This document shows positions 32,951 to 43,162 of a stretch of 64,000 nt of DNA, one piece after another. The first letter of the stretch is position 1; each line of letters starts with the position of its first letter. The notes beneath the pieces are model-generated. The model saw only the letters and a program-made list of their open reading frames with translations. It ran no database searches and was not told the origin of the DNA. Origin of the DNA: an uncultured Gammaproteobacteria bacterium (GTDB taxonomy: Bacteria > Pseudomonadota > Gammaproteobacteria > JAURND01); contig CAVQQD010000003.1 in assembly GCA_963714975.1 (NCBI GenBank), forward strand, positions 512,001 through 576,000. The letters run 5' to 3'. A program made the translations under genes and the position numbers.

Positions 32951-35098
32951 GTGGAAGACAAATTACTACAATCTCCTGGCGAATCAGCATTTCCAAAGCT
33001 TGGATCAACACCTAATCGTATTTATTTACGGCACGATCAAAAACAAACTCAGATTGCTGCATACAAGGAAAGAAAAGAGCCATCAGAAGTAACTATTTGG
33101 GCTCCAAAGTGGGTGGAGCAGGAGCTGCAAAAGCTAGCAACCGTACTAAAAGGACAGACATTTAAGGTTTACGAATACAATAGTGAAAATGAAGTTCCCA
33201 TTCACACATTTACGGTGGGAGATTCTCTAACATTGGAACAGTTGGTAATGATCGCTCGCAATGAGCCCAAAAACGTGGGCGGAAATATTGGCGAAGATTT
33301 TATGTTAAGTACGGCAAGTGAGGATCCGGTACACGATGCCGTTCGGTATCTGTACCCAGGGTTATTCACGGCACAAGAACCTAAAAGTCCAATGGGAAAG
33401 TCGCAATTAGGGCTCATTCATGCAATACATGATTTGGTAAAGCATCTTGTGATTATCAGTCCCAATGAAAAGGCAACACAGTATGGTGGTTACAGATCCA
33501 AAGAAACAAAATATGTGAGTCCCCAACCAGTCTATCTTATTGATTTAATGGGCTTGCAACTCCTAAAAGATTTCCATTCCTTAAGACAGTTATTCATTCC
33601 TGAAAATCCGCAGAGAAGACCTAAGGGTTATCTTGATGCAGCTATTTACCAACACACAGTTGGGAAGAAACAACCTACCTATACTGAAATCCATGAAGCC
33701 AAAAATCAAGAAAATAATAGTGATTATGCCTTAGTTAACAGTTTTCACTATGGTAATGGTTATTTTGATGTGCAGGGATATCGCAATTTTGTTGCCCAAG
33801 ATTTTATTTTAAGTGCTATGGCTGTTGGCGATGCGGCTCAGAAAAAGGGAGATCAATTGGATTTTCGTTTTCTTAGCTATGGCACGGGAGCTTTCATTAA
33901 TGACACAAAGATTCAGCCTATTTTACAAGAGAATATACTTGAGGGCGTATATGTTGGTTTAAGCAGCATGGTTGGATCAGGTCGTTGGCCTGCTCAAATA
34001 AAACGCTTAACTTTTTGTCACTACGAATTAAAGAGTGAATCTGCAAAACAGCAAAAACAAAAGCTTGAAAAATTCTGTAATCAACATGGCATACAATGTG
34101 TTTTTGGCCAAATAGATGCATTACAACAAATCTCCGATGAAGATTCATTAAAAATAGCAACTACCATGGCTACTGATCCCTTTGTGGTTGCGGCGAATGA
34201 AAAAAATTGGGCCAGTCTAGATGCGGCAATAGGAGAAAATGTGGTGAGTGAAGCTAATACCTTATCACCCCATTTTTCTGAAATGCGAGAGATCTACCTG
34301 GATCTGAATTCCAAAGAAAAATTGGAGGAGGAGACGGAGAAAAAACAGAGCACTAAAAATCCTGCTGCAGAAAAAGCACAGGAGACTGTGTCTATCGATG
34401 AACTAAAATTACTCCGTACCGAGGCTACTGGGGAGAAAATAGGGCAAGCTGCAGTAAATCATCTTGATTTGATTAATGCAGGAGAAGGTAACCAGAGCGT
34501 ACGGGTTGATGAGCTAAAACATAGCATTGCATTAGCAATTGATGCTTTCGGGTTAGAAAATCCACCTCGACCTAAAGACAATTTAAGTGCAGTGATACAC
34601 GCATTACCTACTGATTCTCTAAAGACATTCGGTGCAGATTATCTCAAAGCTAAGGAAGCTCTAACAGAACCTTTAACCAGGCCTAAGCCCCAAGGCGCAT
34701 ACAAACCACCAATACCCACTCCTATCAGGGAAATCCCCGCCCCCAGTAAGTGTGTTAAATTTCGACACTTTTTGTTTAAAACTCCAATTGGGCAAGCTGT
34801 GATGCTGACAGGTCTAGAGGGGATCTCGGTGCCAATCACATACGGAGTAGGGGCGGGATTGGATGCGTGTTTTAGAGATATCAATGCTTGGGATACCATC
34901 CATGCCTTTATGTCTTCTAAGCCATGGGGAACTAACTCTGGGGCCGACATTTTTGCAACTCCTTATACCCCTTATGTGGGGGCATTTTTAATAGGCCTTG
35001 CTGTCATTTATTGTTTACATCGTTCCAAAGCAGCACCAAAGGATGTTGCTGCTGTGGCCGCTGTGCAAGAGGAGAAGCAGAAGACCCCTCTCGCTTAA
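32951..35098 (+). CDS. Large hypothetical candidate effector; possible macrodomain-like ADP-ribosylhydrolase with C-terminal TM helices
   Basis: FLSYGTGAF and TDPFVVAANEKNWASLDAAI motifs; PmrA-like box; EE near the C-terminus. Confidence 0.6.
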   Translation: MEDKLLQSPGESAFPKLGSTPNRIYLRHDQKQTQIAAYKERKEPSEVTIWAPKWVEQELQKLATVLKGQTFKVYEYNSENEVPIHTFTVGDSLTLEQLVMIARNEPKNVGGNIGEDFMLSTASEDPVHDAVRYLYPGLFTAQEPKSPMGKSQLGLIHAIHDLVKHLVIISPNEKATQYGGYRSKETKYVSPQPVYLIDLMGLQLLKDFHSLRQLFIPENPQRRPKGYLDAAIYQHTVGKKQPTYTEIHEAKNQENNSDYALVNSFHYGNGYFDVQGYRNFVAQDFILSAMAVGDAAQKKGDQLDFRFLSYGTGAFINDTKIQPILQENILEGVYVGLSSMVGSGRWPAQIKRLTFCHYELKSESAKQQKQKLEKFCNQHGIQCVFGQIDALQQISDEDSLKIATTMATDPFVVAANEKNWASLDAAIGENVVSEANTLSPHFSEMREIYLDLNSKEKLEEETEKKQSTKNPAAEKAQETVSIDELKLLRTEATGEKIGQAAVNHLDLINAGEGNQSVRVDELKHSIALAIDAFGLENPPRPKDNLSAVIHALPTDSLKTFGADYLKAKEALTEPLTRPKPQGAYKPPIPTPIREIPAPSKCVKFRHFLFKTPIGQAVMLTGLEGISVPITYGVGAGLDACFRDINAWDTIHAFMSSKPWGTNSGADIFATPYTPYVGAFLIGLAVIYCLHRSKAAPKDVAAVAAVQEEKQKTPLA

Positions 35099-35130
35099 TC
35101 CCCTCTCCCGCAAGCGGTAGAAGGGAATTC

Positions 35131-36180
35131 CTAACTGCGCCAATGTAACGTCGTTTCTGGGATGGGATTATTAAATGGTTTATTTTCGCGCTGTGCCGTC
35201 ATATAGGCTTTTTTTAGCTGTTGATACCATTTTGCTTGCGTGTCGGCATCATTGATTAAAATCAATGCGGGATTCTCTTTGAGTCCTTCTTGCTGCTTTA
35301 CGATTACTTGATAATCTTGATTTAGAAAAGCCCGGGCAAAGAGCCGAAATAGTGGCTTCAGCAAATTAAATCCCTTGGGTAAGGTCCAATAAAAAAATTG
35401 ATGAATTTCAGTGCGTGATTCGTCGATGGGGGTGAGGGTAGTGAGTGCACAGAGCGTATAGCGACCTGCTTGGATATGTTCGATTCGAACCCCGGGTAAT
35501 TGAAAGCTAATCTCAGTACTAATGTCGCCACCTAGCAGCGCATAGGCCCGAGAATTTTTCGAAGGACGGTGCTTGAGCATTTTAAAACCAAGAGGAATAG
35601 GGGCAAATTGCTTGCTTTTAGCATGAATTGATTTTCTCGAGCGCCAAAACCAAGAACGATGCACAAAAGGCCCATGTGCCGGGTCCATTAAACCAATCAC
35701 AGCATGATCTATGTCACAGGGGAAGCTTTTAGTTTCAATCATGTCAGGCATTTTATTACCCATTGCTGGGACCTGCGGGATTGGAGGTAATTGGTCAGGA
35801 ATTTTCTGTTGAGGTTTGGGCAGATAAACCCAAATATTTCCTTGGACCTCTTGGCAGGGGAATTTAAAAGTCCGAATTCGAGCAATGTTGAACTTTTGTT
35901 CGGGTAATAGTGAGGGAATATCCGTGCAAATACCTTCGGCATTAAACCGCCAGCCATGATAGCAACATTCGATTTCACAACCATCGAATTGGCCATAGCT
36001 CAGTGGAATGCCGCGATGTGGGCAGATATTGCGCAGTGCAAACACTTCTCCCGCTTGGGTGCGTCCCAAGAGAATTGATTGTCCCAACATTTTTTTAGCG
36101 CGCATTGCCTTCTTACCCAAGGCTTGGCTTGGACAAGCAAGGTACCAAAGGCCAGTAATAAATAATTCAGAATCATGCAT
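35131..36180 (-). CDS. Rieske non-heme iron oxygenase alpha subunit
   Basis: CPHRG...CCYHGW Rieske motif; DPAHGPFVH iron site. Confidence 0.9.
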   Translation of the reverse strand: MHDSELFITGLWYLACPSQALGKKAMRAKKMLGQSILLGRTQAGEVFALRNICPHRGIPLSYGQFDGCEIECCYHGWRFNAEGICTDIPSLLPEQKFNIARIRTFKFPCQEVQGNIWVYLPKPQQKIPDQLPPIPQVPAMGNKMPDMIETKSFPCDIDHAVIGLMDPAHGPFVHRSWFWRSRKSIHAKSKQFAPIPLGFKMLKHRPSKNSRAYALLGGDISTEISFQLPGVRIEHIQAGRYTLCALTTLTPIDESRTEIHQFFYWTLPKGFNLLKPLFRLFARAFLNQDYQVIVKQQEGLKENPALILINDADTQAKWYQQLKKAYMTAQRENKPFNNPIPETTLHWRS

Positions 36181-36237
36181 AAATAGAATGGTAGCCGTCG
36201 TCTCCTAGGATTGCTATGCTAACGGCTTTTCAGGATT

Positions 36238-37545
36238 ATGGCTATGACCAAAACTTTTTTGAGCGATGTTCCTCATCTAACCACGGCTTTTAAAGGGCCG
36301 CTGCATAAATTAGAACAACATCTGCTTGACCATCAAGTGGAAATTGAATGTTGGCTGAGAAAGTACTGGCAAACACTGCCCTTGCTCTTCTATTCTTCGG
36401 TGGATTTGCGCAATGCCGGGTTTAAATTAGCGCCAGTCGATACCAATCTGTTCCCTGCTGGATTTAATAACTTAAATCCTGATTTCCTCCCTTTGTGTAT
36501 TCAAGCAGTCCAGGTAACCTTGGAACAATTGAATCCTATTGCAACTGAAATCCTATTAATTCCAGAAAGCCACACGCGCTTAAGTTATTATTTTGAGCAT
36601 TTGGCCGCTTTGCATGAGATCTTGGTGAAAGCGGGTTATACCGTGCGAGTGGGGTCTTTGTTAGAAGAGTTACGAAAACCACATCAGATTGATTTACCCT
36701 CGGGCCAGAGCATTTGCATTGAGCCGCTACAACGCCAGGGAAATCGCTTGGGCCTTGAGCATTATTCACCGGATTTAATTGTGTTAAATAATGATTTATC
36801 TAGCGGTGTTCCTGATATTTTAAAAAATTTAGAACAACCCATTATTCCATCCTCAACTTTGGGGTGGACCACTCGATCTAAAACCCAGCATTTTTTCCAT
36901 TATCAACATATTGCCCAAAACTTTGCTCAAGCTATTGGCATTGATCCTTGGCTGATTACGCCTGAATTTCGTTTTTGTGATCAGGTTGATTTCGCGCACG
37001 GTGAGGGTATCGAATGCCTGGTAGCGAATGCGAAAGACTTATTGCAAAATATTCAGCAAAAATACCAGCAATATGGGATTGAACATACGCCTTTTCTGAT
37101 GATGAAGGCGGATGCTGGGACCTATGGAATGGCGGTAATGACGGTTAAGGATCCTGAGGAAATAACGCATCTTAATCGTAAGCAACGCTTAAATATGTCT
37201 CATACCAAAGGGGGAATGCCTGTCACCAAGGTAGTGCTGCAGGAGGGGGTCTATACGTTTGAAACCTGGGGACAGGAACATGCGGTGGCGGAACCTGTGG
37301 TTTATATGATCGGTCGACATGTCGTGGGTGGTTTTTATCGGGTACATTCTCAGAAGGGAATTGACGAGAATCTGAATGCACCAGGAATGAATTTTCAGCC
37401 CTTGGCTTTTGTGGATGCTTGTAATAATCCTTGCCAACCAGTGGATTCTTGCAGTAATCGATTTTATGCTTATGGCGTTATTGCACGTTTGGCAATGTTA
37501 GCTGCCGCCATGGAAGGCTACGGTATTGAACAAAAACATCCTTAA
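36238..37545 (+). CDS. gshA: Glutamate--cysteine ligase
   Basis: SVDLRNAGFKLAPVDTNLFPAGFNNL, KADAGTYGM and ENLNAPGM motifs. Confidence 0.9.
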   Translation: MAMTKTFLSDVPHLTTAFKGPLHKLEQHLLDHQVEIECWLRKYWQTLPLLFYSSVDLRNAGFKLAPVDTNLFPAGFNNLNPDFLPLCIQAVQVTLEQLNPIATEILLIPESHTRLSYYFEHLAALHEILVKAGYTVRVGSLLEELRKPHQIDLPSGQSICIEPLQRQGNRLGLEHYSPDLIVLNNDLSSGVPDILKNLEQPIIPSSTLGWTTRSKTQHFFHYQHIAQNFAQAIGIDPWLITPEFRFCDQVDFAHGEGIECLVANAKDLLQNIQQKYQQYGIEHTPFLMMKADAGTYGMAVMTVKDPEEITHLNRKQRLNMSHTKGGMPVTKVVLQEGVYTFETWGQEHAVAEPVVYMIGRHVVGGFYRVHSQKGIDENLNAPGMNFQPLAFVDACNNPCQPVDSCSNRFYAYGVIARLAMLAAAMEGYGIEQKHP

Positions 37546-37585
37546 TATATTCTTTCCTTGACTCTTACTAATAACGAGGTTTGTT

Positions 37586-38731
37586 ATGAAATTACCCATT
37601 GGGATCAGCGATTTTAAAAAAATTATCGAGGGGAATTATTATTTCTTTGATAAGAGCTTATTTATCAAAGAAATTCTTGATGACACCGAAATCTTATTAA
37701 TCACTCGCCCACGACGTTTTGGTAAGACTTTGAATATGTCAATGCTACGCCATTTTTTTGCCAAAGAAATATGGGGTGAAGCCACTGACCCTAGCTTGTT
37801 CGATGGCTTAAACATTACTCGTTGCTCAGCAGAATATCTTCAGCATCAAGGCCACTATCCGGTGATTTTCTTAACCCTTAAAGATGTAAAGGATAATAAT
37901 TTCGACAATTTCTACACCAGCTTTTGCCAGGTAATTAGCGAGCTTTATTCAGAGCACCGCTATTTATTAGAGAGCGATAGCTTATATTCTGAGGATAAAG
38001 ATGTTTATCGGTCTATTCTGGATCAGCAGGCCAGTTTTGCAAATATGCAAGTTGCCTTAAAAAATTTAACTCGATATTTGTATCTACATCATAATGTCCA
38101 TCCATTAGTATTAATCGATGAATACGACACTCCAATTCAATCCGGTTATGCACATAATTATTATGATAAAGTGATTGGCTTATTTCGTCATTTTTTAGGT
38201 GCTGCCTTAAAAGATAATCCCTTTTTATTTAAGGCAGTATTGACGGGAATTTTACGCGTTTCTAAAGAGAGTTTATTTTCGGGATTAAATAATATCAAAG
38301 TCTATTCAGTATTAAATCCGCGCTATGGTGCTTATTTTGGTTTTACCGAACCAGAGGTCGCGCAATTATTAGCAGATACAAAACTAGAATCTTATAAGGA
38401 GCGTATTAAAGATTGGTATAATGGCTATCAAATTGGCGAATGTGTTCTTTATAATCCCTGGTCGGTTCTGTCTTGTCTTGATGAAAAAGTGTTCAAACCT
38501 TACTGGGTGAATACCAGCGACAATCTATTAATTAAACAGTTATTCTTACAGTCAAACCTAGGTTTTAAAGAGCGTTTTGAAGATATCTTGCAAGACAAAC
38601 CCATTAGCCAACTCATCGATGAAAATTTTGTGTTCCCTGATTTGACAGGTAATAATGCTGCGCAACGAACAAGTTCGTTGCTTGCAATCAGGGGGGAGAA
38701 TACGTGGGAGAAGGATAATCTGCCCATTTGA
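37586..38731 (+). CDS. AAA-ATPase-like protein (normally fused to a PD-(D/E)XK nuclease), probably 3'-truncated
   Basis: LPIGISDF, RPRRFGKT, LIDEYD, WYNGY and YNPWS; ends before the nuclease domain. Confidence 0.8.
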   Translation: MKLPIGISDFKKIIEGNYYFFDKSLFIKEILDDTEILLITRPRRFGKTLNMSMLRHFFAKEIWGEATDPSLFDGLNITRCSAEYLQHQGHYPVIFLTLKDVKDNNFDNFYTSFCQVISELYSEHRYLLESDSLYSEDKDVYRSILDQQASFANMQVALKNLTRYLYLHHNVHPLVLIDEYDTPIQSGYAHNYYDKVIGLFRHFLGAALKDNPFLFKAVLTGILRVSKESLFSGLNNIKVYSVLNPRYGAYFGFTEPEVAQLLADTKLESYKERIKDWYNGYQIGECVLYNPWSVLSCLDEKVFKPYWVNTSDNLLIKQLFLQSNLGFKERFEDILQDKPISQLIDENFVFPDLTGNNAAQRTSSLLAIRGENTWEKDNLPI

Positions 38732-38737
38732 ATCGGG

Positions 38738-39154
38738 CTAGTCCACTGAAAAAGAAGACCCACACCCACATGTAGTTTTGGCTTTGGCATTATTCCGCAC
38801 CACAAAATATTCGCCTTTGATGTCTTGGGTGTAATCAACTTCCACGCCTTCTTCTAAATAGGGGAGGCTGAAAGCATCGACAATCACTTCTACGCCAGGG
38901 ATTAACTGACTGCTACCCTCTCCGTTGCCTCCTGCTTCGTCAGCTGTTTTAATTTCTTCCTTAATTTCTTGCTTAATTACAACATCGTCGGGATTGGTTT
39001 TTTCTTCAAAGCTAAATCCATATTGAAATCCTGAACAACCGCCTCCGGTAATAAAAATCCGAAACTTCAAATTAGGGTTGCCTTCTTCCTCAATAAGTTT
39101 ATAAACTTTGCGGATGGCGTTGTTAGTCAGTTTAATAGGATGAGTCGTATGCAT
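38738..39154 (-). CDS. erpA: Fe-S cluster insertion protein ErpA (HesB/IscA family)
   Basis: GGGCSGFQYGF and TTCGCGSSF motifs. Confidence 0.85.
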   Translation of the reverse strand: MHTTHPIKLTNNAIRKVYKLIEEEGNPNLKFRIFITGGGCSGFQYGFSFEEKTNPDDVVIKQEIKEEIKTADEAGGNGEGSSQLIPGVEVIVDAFSLPYLEEGVEVDYTQDIKGEYFVVRNNAKAKTTCGCGSSFSVD

Positions 39155-39191
39155 GAGGGAATAATGACGAAATTATCATGAGGCGTCAAGT

Positions 39192-39617
39192 ATGCTATGG
39201 GTGAAAGCCTTACACTTAATATTTGTGATAACCTGGTTTAGCTGTTTATTTTATTTGCCACGGTTATTCGTTTATCACGCAATGAGCCAAGATGAAGTTA
39301 GTCTTAAGCGCTTCGTGGTGATGGAGCGCAAGCTCTATTATAACATTGCCTGGCCGAGTGCCTTATTAGCAACATTTTTTGGGTTATGGTTGCTGGTTGA
39401 TCATTGGACTTTCTACCTTCATGCCACCTGGATGCAGCTCAAATTGGCCTTGGTAGTGGTGCTTTGGGCCTACCATGGCGTATGCGGTCACTATCGTCGG
39501 CAATTTCAGCAGACTCGAAATCAACACTCTGCGACTTTTTATCGTTGGTTTAACGAAGTGCCAGCGGTTATTCTGGTCATCGTGGTTATTTTGGTTATTG
39601 TTAAACCCCTTCTTTAA
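39192..39617 (+). CDS. hemJ: Protoporphyrinogen oxidase HemJ
   Basis: WVKALH, YLPRLFVYH, MERKL and RWFNEVP motifs. Confidence 0.92.
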   Translation: MLWVKALHLIFVITWFSCLFYLPRLFVYHAMSQDEVSLKRFVVMERKLYYNIAWPSALLATFFGLWLLVDHWTFYLHATWMQLKLALVVVLWAYHGVCGHYRRQFQQTRNQHSATFYRWFNEVPAVILVIVVILVIVKPLL

Positions 39618-39645
39618 TATTCCTTTAATCTTAGTGAGGTACAAT
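39613..39645 (+). promoter_or_regulatory. PmrA-type box with -10 element upstream of icmV
   Basis: tTTAATATT-cc-tTTAATCTT, then TACAAT at 39640. Confidence 0.7.
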
Positions 39646-39677
39646 AGGCGCTTATTTAGTAATCCAAAGAGGTTGGT

Positions 39678-40136
39678 ATGGTGAAGAAAATATTCCGTGG
39701 TATAGGTCGCATATTTTTTCCTATTCGCAACGTGAAACGTGCGCTTGGGCTAGCAGAATTGAAAACTAGTTTTCAAAATTCTCGAGAGACTTTACAAAGT
39801 ATCTTCACTCCTGCTAAAACCAAGGTGGTAAAAGAAACTTTTGAAGAGGCGATGGTGCGTTGTCAATTGACTGAAGATTCTTTGCGAGAACGTCTAAAAA
39901 GTCTGATAATTACCATGAGTGTTTATGCGGTATTAGCAGTTATTTGTTTTGCGTATGCAATTTATATGTTGTCTATAGGACTTGTGTTAGGAGCGTTTAT
40001 TTCATTTGTGCTCACAATTACAGCTGTAGGGTTTGCCTATCGAGACCATTTTTGGTACGTGCAAATCAAATGCCGGCGTTTAGGCATGAGCTTTAAAGAC
40101 TGGGCCCATTATACTTTCGGGAGTATTAAAAAATGA
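39678..40136 (+). CDS. icmV: Dot/Icm protein IcmV
   Basis: ETFEEAM...LTE, two TMs, HFWYVQIK.RRLG; directly upstream of dotA. Confidence 0.88.
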   Translation: MVKKIFRGIGRIFFPIRNVKRALGLAELKTSFQNSRETLQSIFTPAKTKVVKETFEEAMVRCQLTEDSLRERLKSLIITMSVYAVLAVICFAYAIYMLSIGLVLGAFISFVLTITAVGFAYRDHFWYVQIKCRRLGMSFKDWAHYTFGSIKK

Positions 40137-43031
40137 TAAACCGGCTCAGACCAGTCTTTCTATGCCTTCTGCTTTTTTTACCGATTGCTGCTTTTGCAGA
40201 TATCGCTAGTGTCCTTGGGTTCCTTACGCCTTCACAGGGCGAATTTTCTATCAACTTGCTCTCCAGATTCTTAGGTAGTTTGGGGGGTGTTCTTTATGGG
40301 GGCGGTAATCAAATTATTGGTTCCTTGATGGGGATTATCAATAGTTGCGCCGTGATTCTCATCGGCGTTGCCGTTTGTTTTACCGTATGGGATGGCGTAG
40401 TGACTTCAGCTGCCAGCGGCGAAATGATGTCCAATAAAGGTCGCAAAACCGTATTTACTATTTTAAGGATTGTAGTGGGTTTTTGTTTAGTGGCTCCTGG
40501 CCCTACGGGTTATTCATTAGCACAATCCGGTGTCGCTTGGGTAGTCGTCCAAGGGGTTGGTTTAGCGGACCGGGTTTCTGACAAACTGTATACCTATATT
40601 AACGATGGCGGTAAGGTCTTTACCGTCCAACCCTCAGGTCTTGAAGATATCAAACCTTATTCGCGGATTAGTAGTGCTATTCTGAAATCAGCCATTTGTA
40701 TGTATAAATTACAGGACATTCAATTGGCTGAGCAACAAGCAACCGAAGAAGCTCATAAAGCCGCTATGGAATCGGAGGTGAGTACGGGTATCCTGTTGCC
40801 GGAACTCAAAACAGCTGATGAAATTGGCTACAGTGTGAATAACAATAATACGATTACCTTTGGCAGTAAAAATCCTGACTATAATCCAGGTGATCCCGAA
40901 TCCACGATGTATAAAAGCCAGTGTGGCCAAGTGGCTTTTACTGTGAGTGATGCTACCTTAGGTTTGCGCTTAGGTGGTACAGGGACTCCAGAGCAAATTG
41001 GGCAAGAAAGAAAAGTGGTGCTGGGCTATGTCAAACAGGCAGCAAGTGAGACAGTGCAAAATCTATTACCAGTCGCCAAAGAAATTTCCACTTTAAACAA
41101 GAAAGATCCTGATTTTGATAAGACTCTGAACAATGTCAATGCTCGGGCGGTCGGGGCGATGGTCGGGGCTGGGATGAGCTTTGCTACTATGATGGATCCG
41201 GCACGGCGCCGCTCTGCCGCTTACATGCAGGATGAGGTTAAAAAATTAATTGAAGATATCCACCAAAATGGTTGGATGTATACCCCCTTATTGGTGATGA
41301 CGCCCGTATTAACGGAAGCGCAAGTAATCAGTGTTCGTGCCTATAATCCCGATGCAAAGGCCCCTGATTTGACGATCAGTTATTTCGATGATATCGACAA
41401 GAAGGCTAGGGAGGATTTGGCTTACTTGGTTGGGTTAGTCGATAACGAAGGCTATGTCAGTGATGCCAATCAATTACTTTACGAGGTCATGAGAAGTAAT
41501 CCAACCTGGAGCAGCATCGATTTTGGCGCCATTGATCCTTATAAAGATAAGGAATATCTCGACACCATCGTCGATTATGTAGATATGATTGTTGGGATAC
41601 CTAAGTCAGTTTTGGGCTGGATTAAAGGAACCCTAAATGTGGGCTTTGACTTAATCACGGGTCTATTTGGCATGCTGGGTAATTTGACTGATATTCTTAA
41701 TCCTGGTAAGTGGCTGGATTTATTGGTACCAGGCATCAGCTTGCCGAGCATGCCAGGCATCGGTGGTGGGGATGAGGTTTCCGATGCAGGTTTGGGGGAC
41801 TGGATTAAGCGGGGTGCATGTTATATAAGTCCTATAACCTGTCTTATACCCGGTGGGGGGCGGCGGCGGCGGCGGTGACGGTGGCGATGGCGGCGGCGGT
41901 GGTGGCAATCCGATTCATGGTATCGTCGATTTCTTGAATCAGCTGCGCGATGGGGCTAACTCCTTGCTGGATGGTCTAACCAGTGGGTTAACCAGTATCG
42001 TCGATTTTGCGAAAGAAAATGCTTATTATTCTAGCAAAGGTGGTATGAATTCGGTATTAGCACAAAAAACGATGGAGAGCATGGGCCCTCTGGGACCCTA
42101 TCTGGCCATGACTATGTCAGCCATGGTGGGAAGGGGGATTGAACAGATGGAGCAGGCCATGTTTATGAGGGGTAAGAGCCCCGAAGTGAACAATGCAATG
42201 GCAGGCGCTATCCGTATGGGTGGCGGCATGATGAAAGCCTCTATGGAAGCTACCTTCCAAATGGCGCATGTATCGTTTTATACCACGATGATTTCTAAGC
42301 TTGCTGGGGCAGGTACCTCTTTCTTCTTAGGAGAGGATGCGGCAAAAACGATCACCGGTATAGGCCAACTTGTGAATGGCGTAGTAGACATGGTGACAAT
42401 TTTCTATGTCAGCTTTGCCCTAATCTTTTTCATGGGTGGCTTATTATTATATGTCGCTTTGCCCTTAACCTTTGTGCTCAATTTTGCTGCGGCGGGATTG
42501 CGTTGGTTAGGTTTAGTGTTTGTCAGTATCTTAGCCGCGCCGATATTTTGCTTCAATCTCATTCGCTCAGATGGCGAAGGCATGATAGGCCGGGGTGAGC
42601 GGTTTTTAATCGACCTGGGGCGTACGGCTTTAATTCCAGTCATATTGACCATGGGCGCCGTGGTGTTCATGATTTTATTTAATATCGGATTTATGTTGCT
42701 GATTTCCATATTGAATATCTTCATGCAGGTGATCATTAAGGTTTACAGCCATGAATGGTTGTTACCCATCTTCTTTGGGGTGATGCTATTAGTGATTGCC
42801 ATGTGTTTACTCTATATGGCGAACGTGTTGGCGAACTTGTGTACGCATGAATTGATCGATGGAGTGGGTAATGCCTTAGGTGAAGCCTTAACCCGCGGTG
42901 GCCATGAAAACCCAATGCACGAGATCAAGCAAGGGGTGCATGGCGCTGGACAGAATGTGGCTGGGGTCCTGAAGGGTCGGGTTGGTAGTGGAAACCAAGG
43001 CAAGGGCGACGCGGGGGGGCAGCAGCATTAA
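40133..43031 (+). CDS. dotA: Dot/Icm protein DotA (TraY family), +1 frameshift in a G-rich tract near 41855
   Basis: LRIVVG..L..P..TGYS..Q...WVVVQGVGLAD, SQCG, ILAAP TM cluster; position after icmV. Confidence 0.85.
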
Positions 43032-43162
43032 AATCCCCCTCTCCCTAACCCTCTCCCACCTTCCCTCGCTTGCGCTCGGGTGGGGGAGAGGGAATCCAAG
43101 TCCCCCTCTCCCCCACCCGAGCGTAAGCGAGGGAAGGTGGGAGAGGGTTGGGGAGAGGGGGT
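43032..43162. repeat. Two family A copies in inverted orientation between convergent dotA and dotB (possible bidirectional terminator)
   Basis: 43035-43092 is approximately the reverse complement of 43104-43161. Confidence 0.8.
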
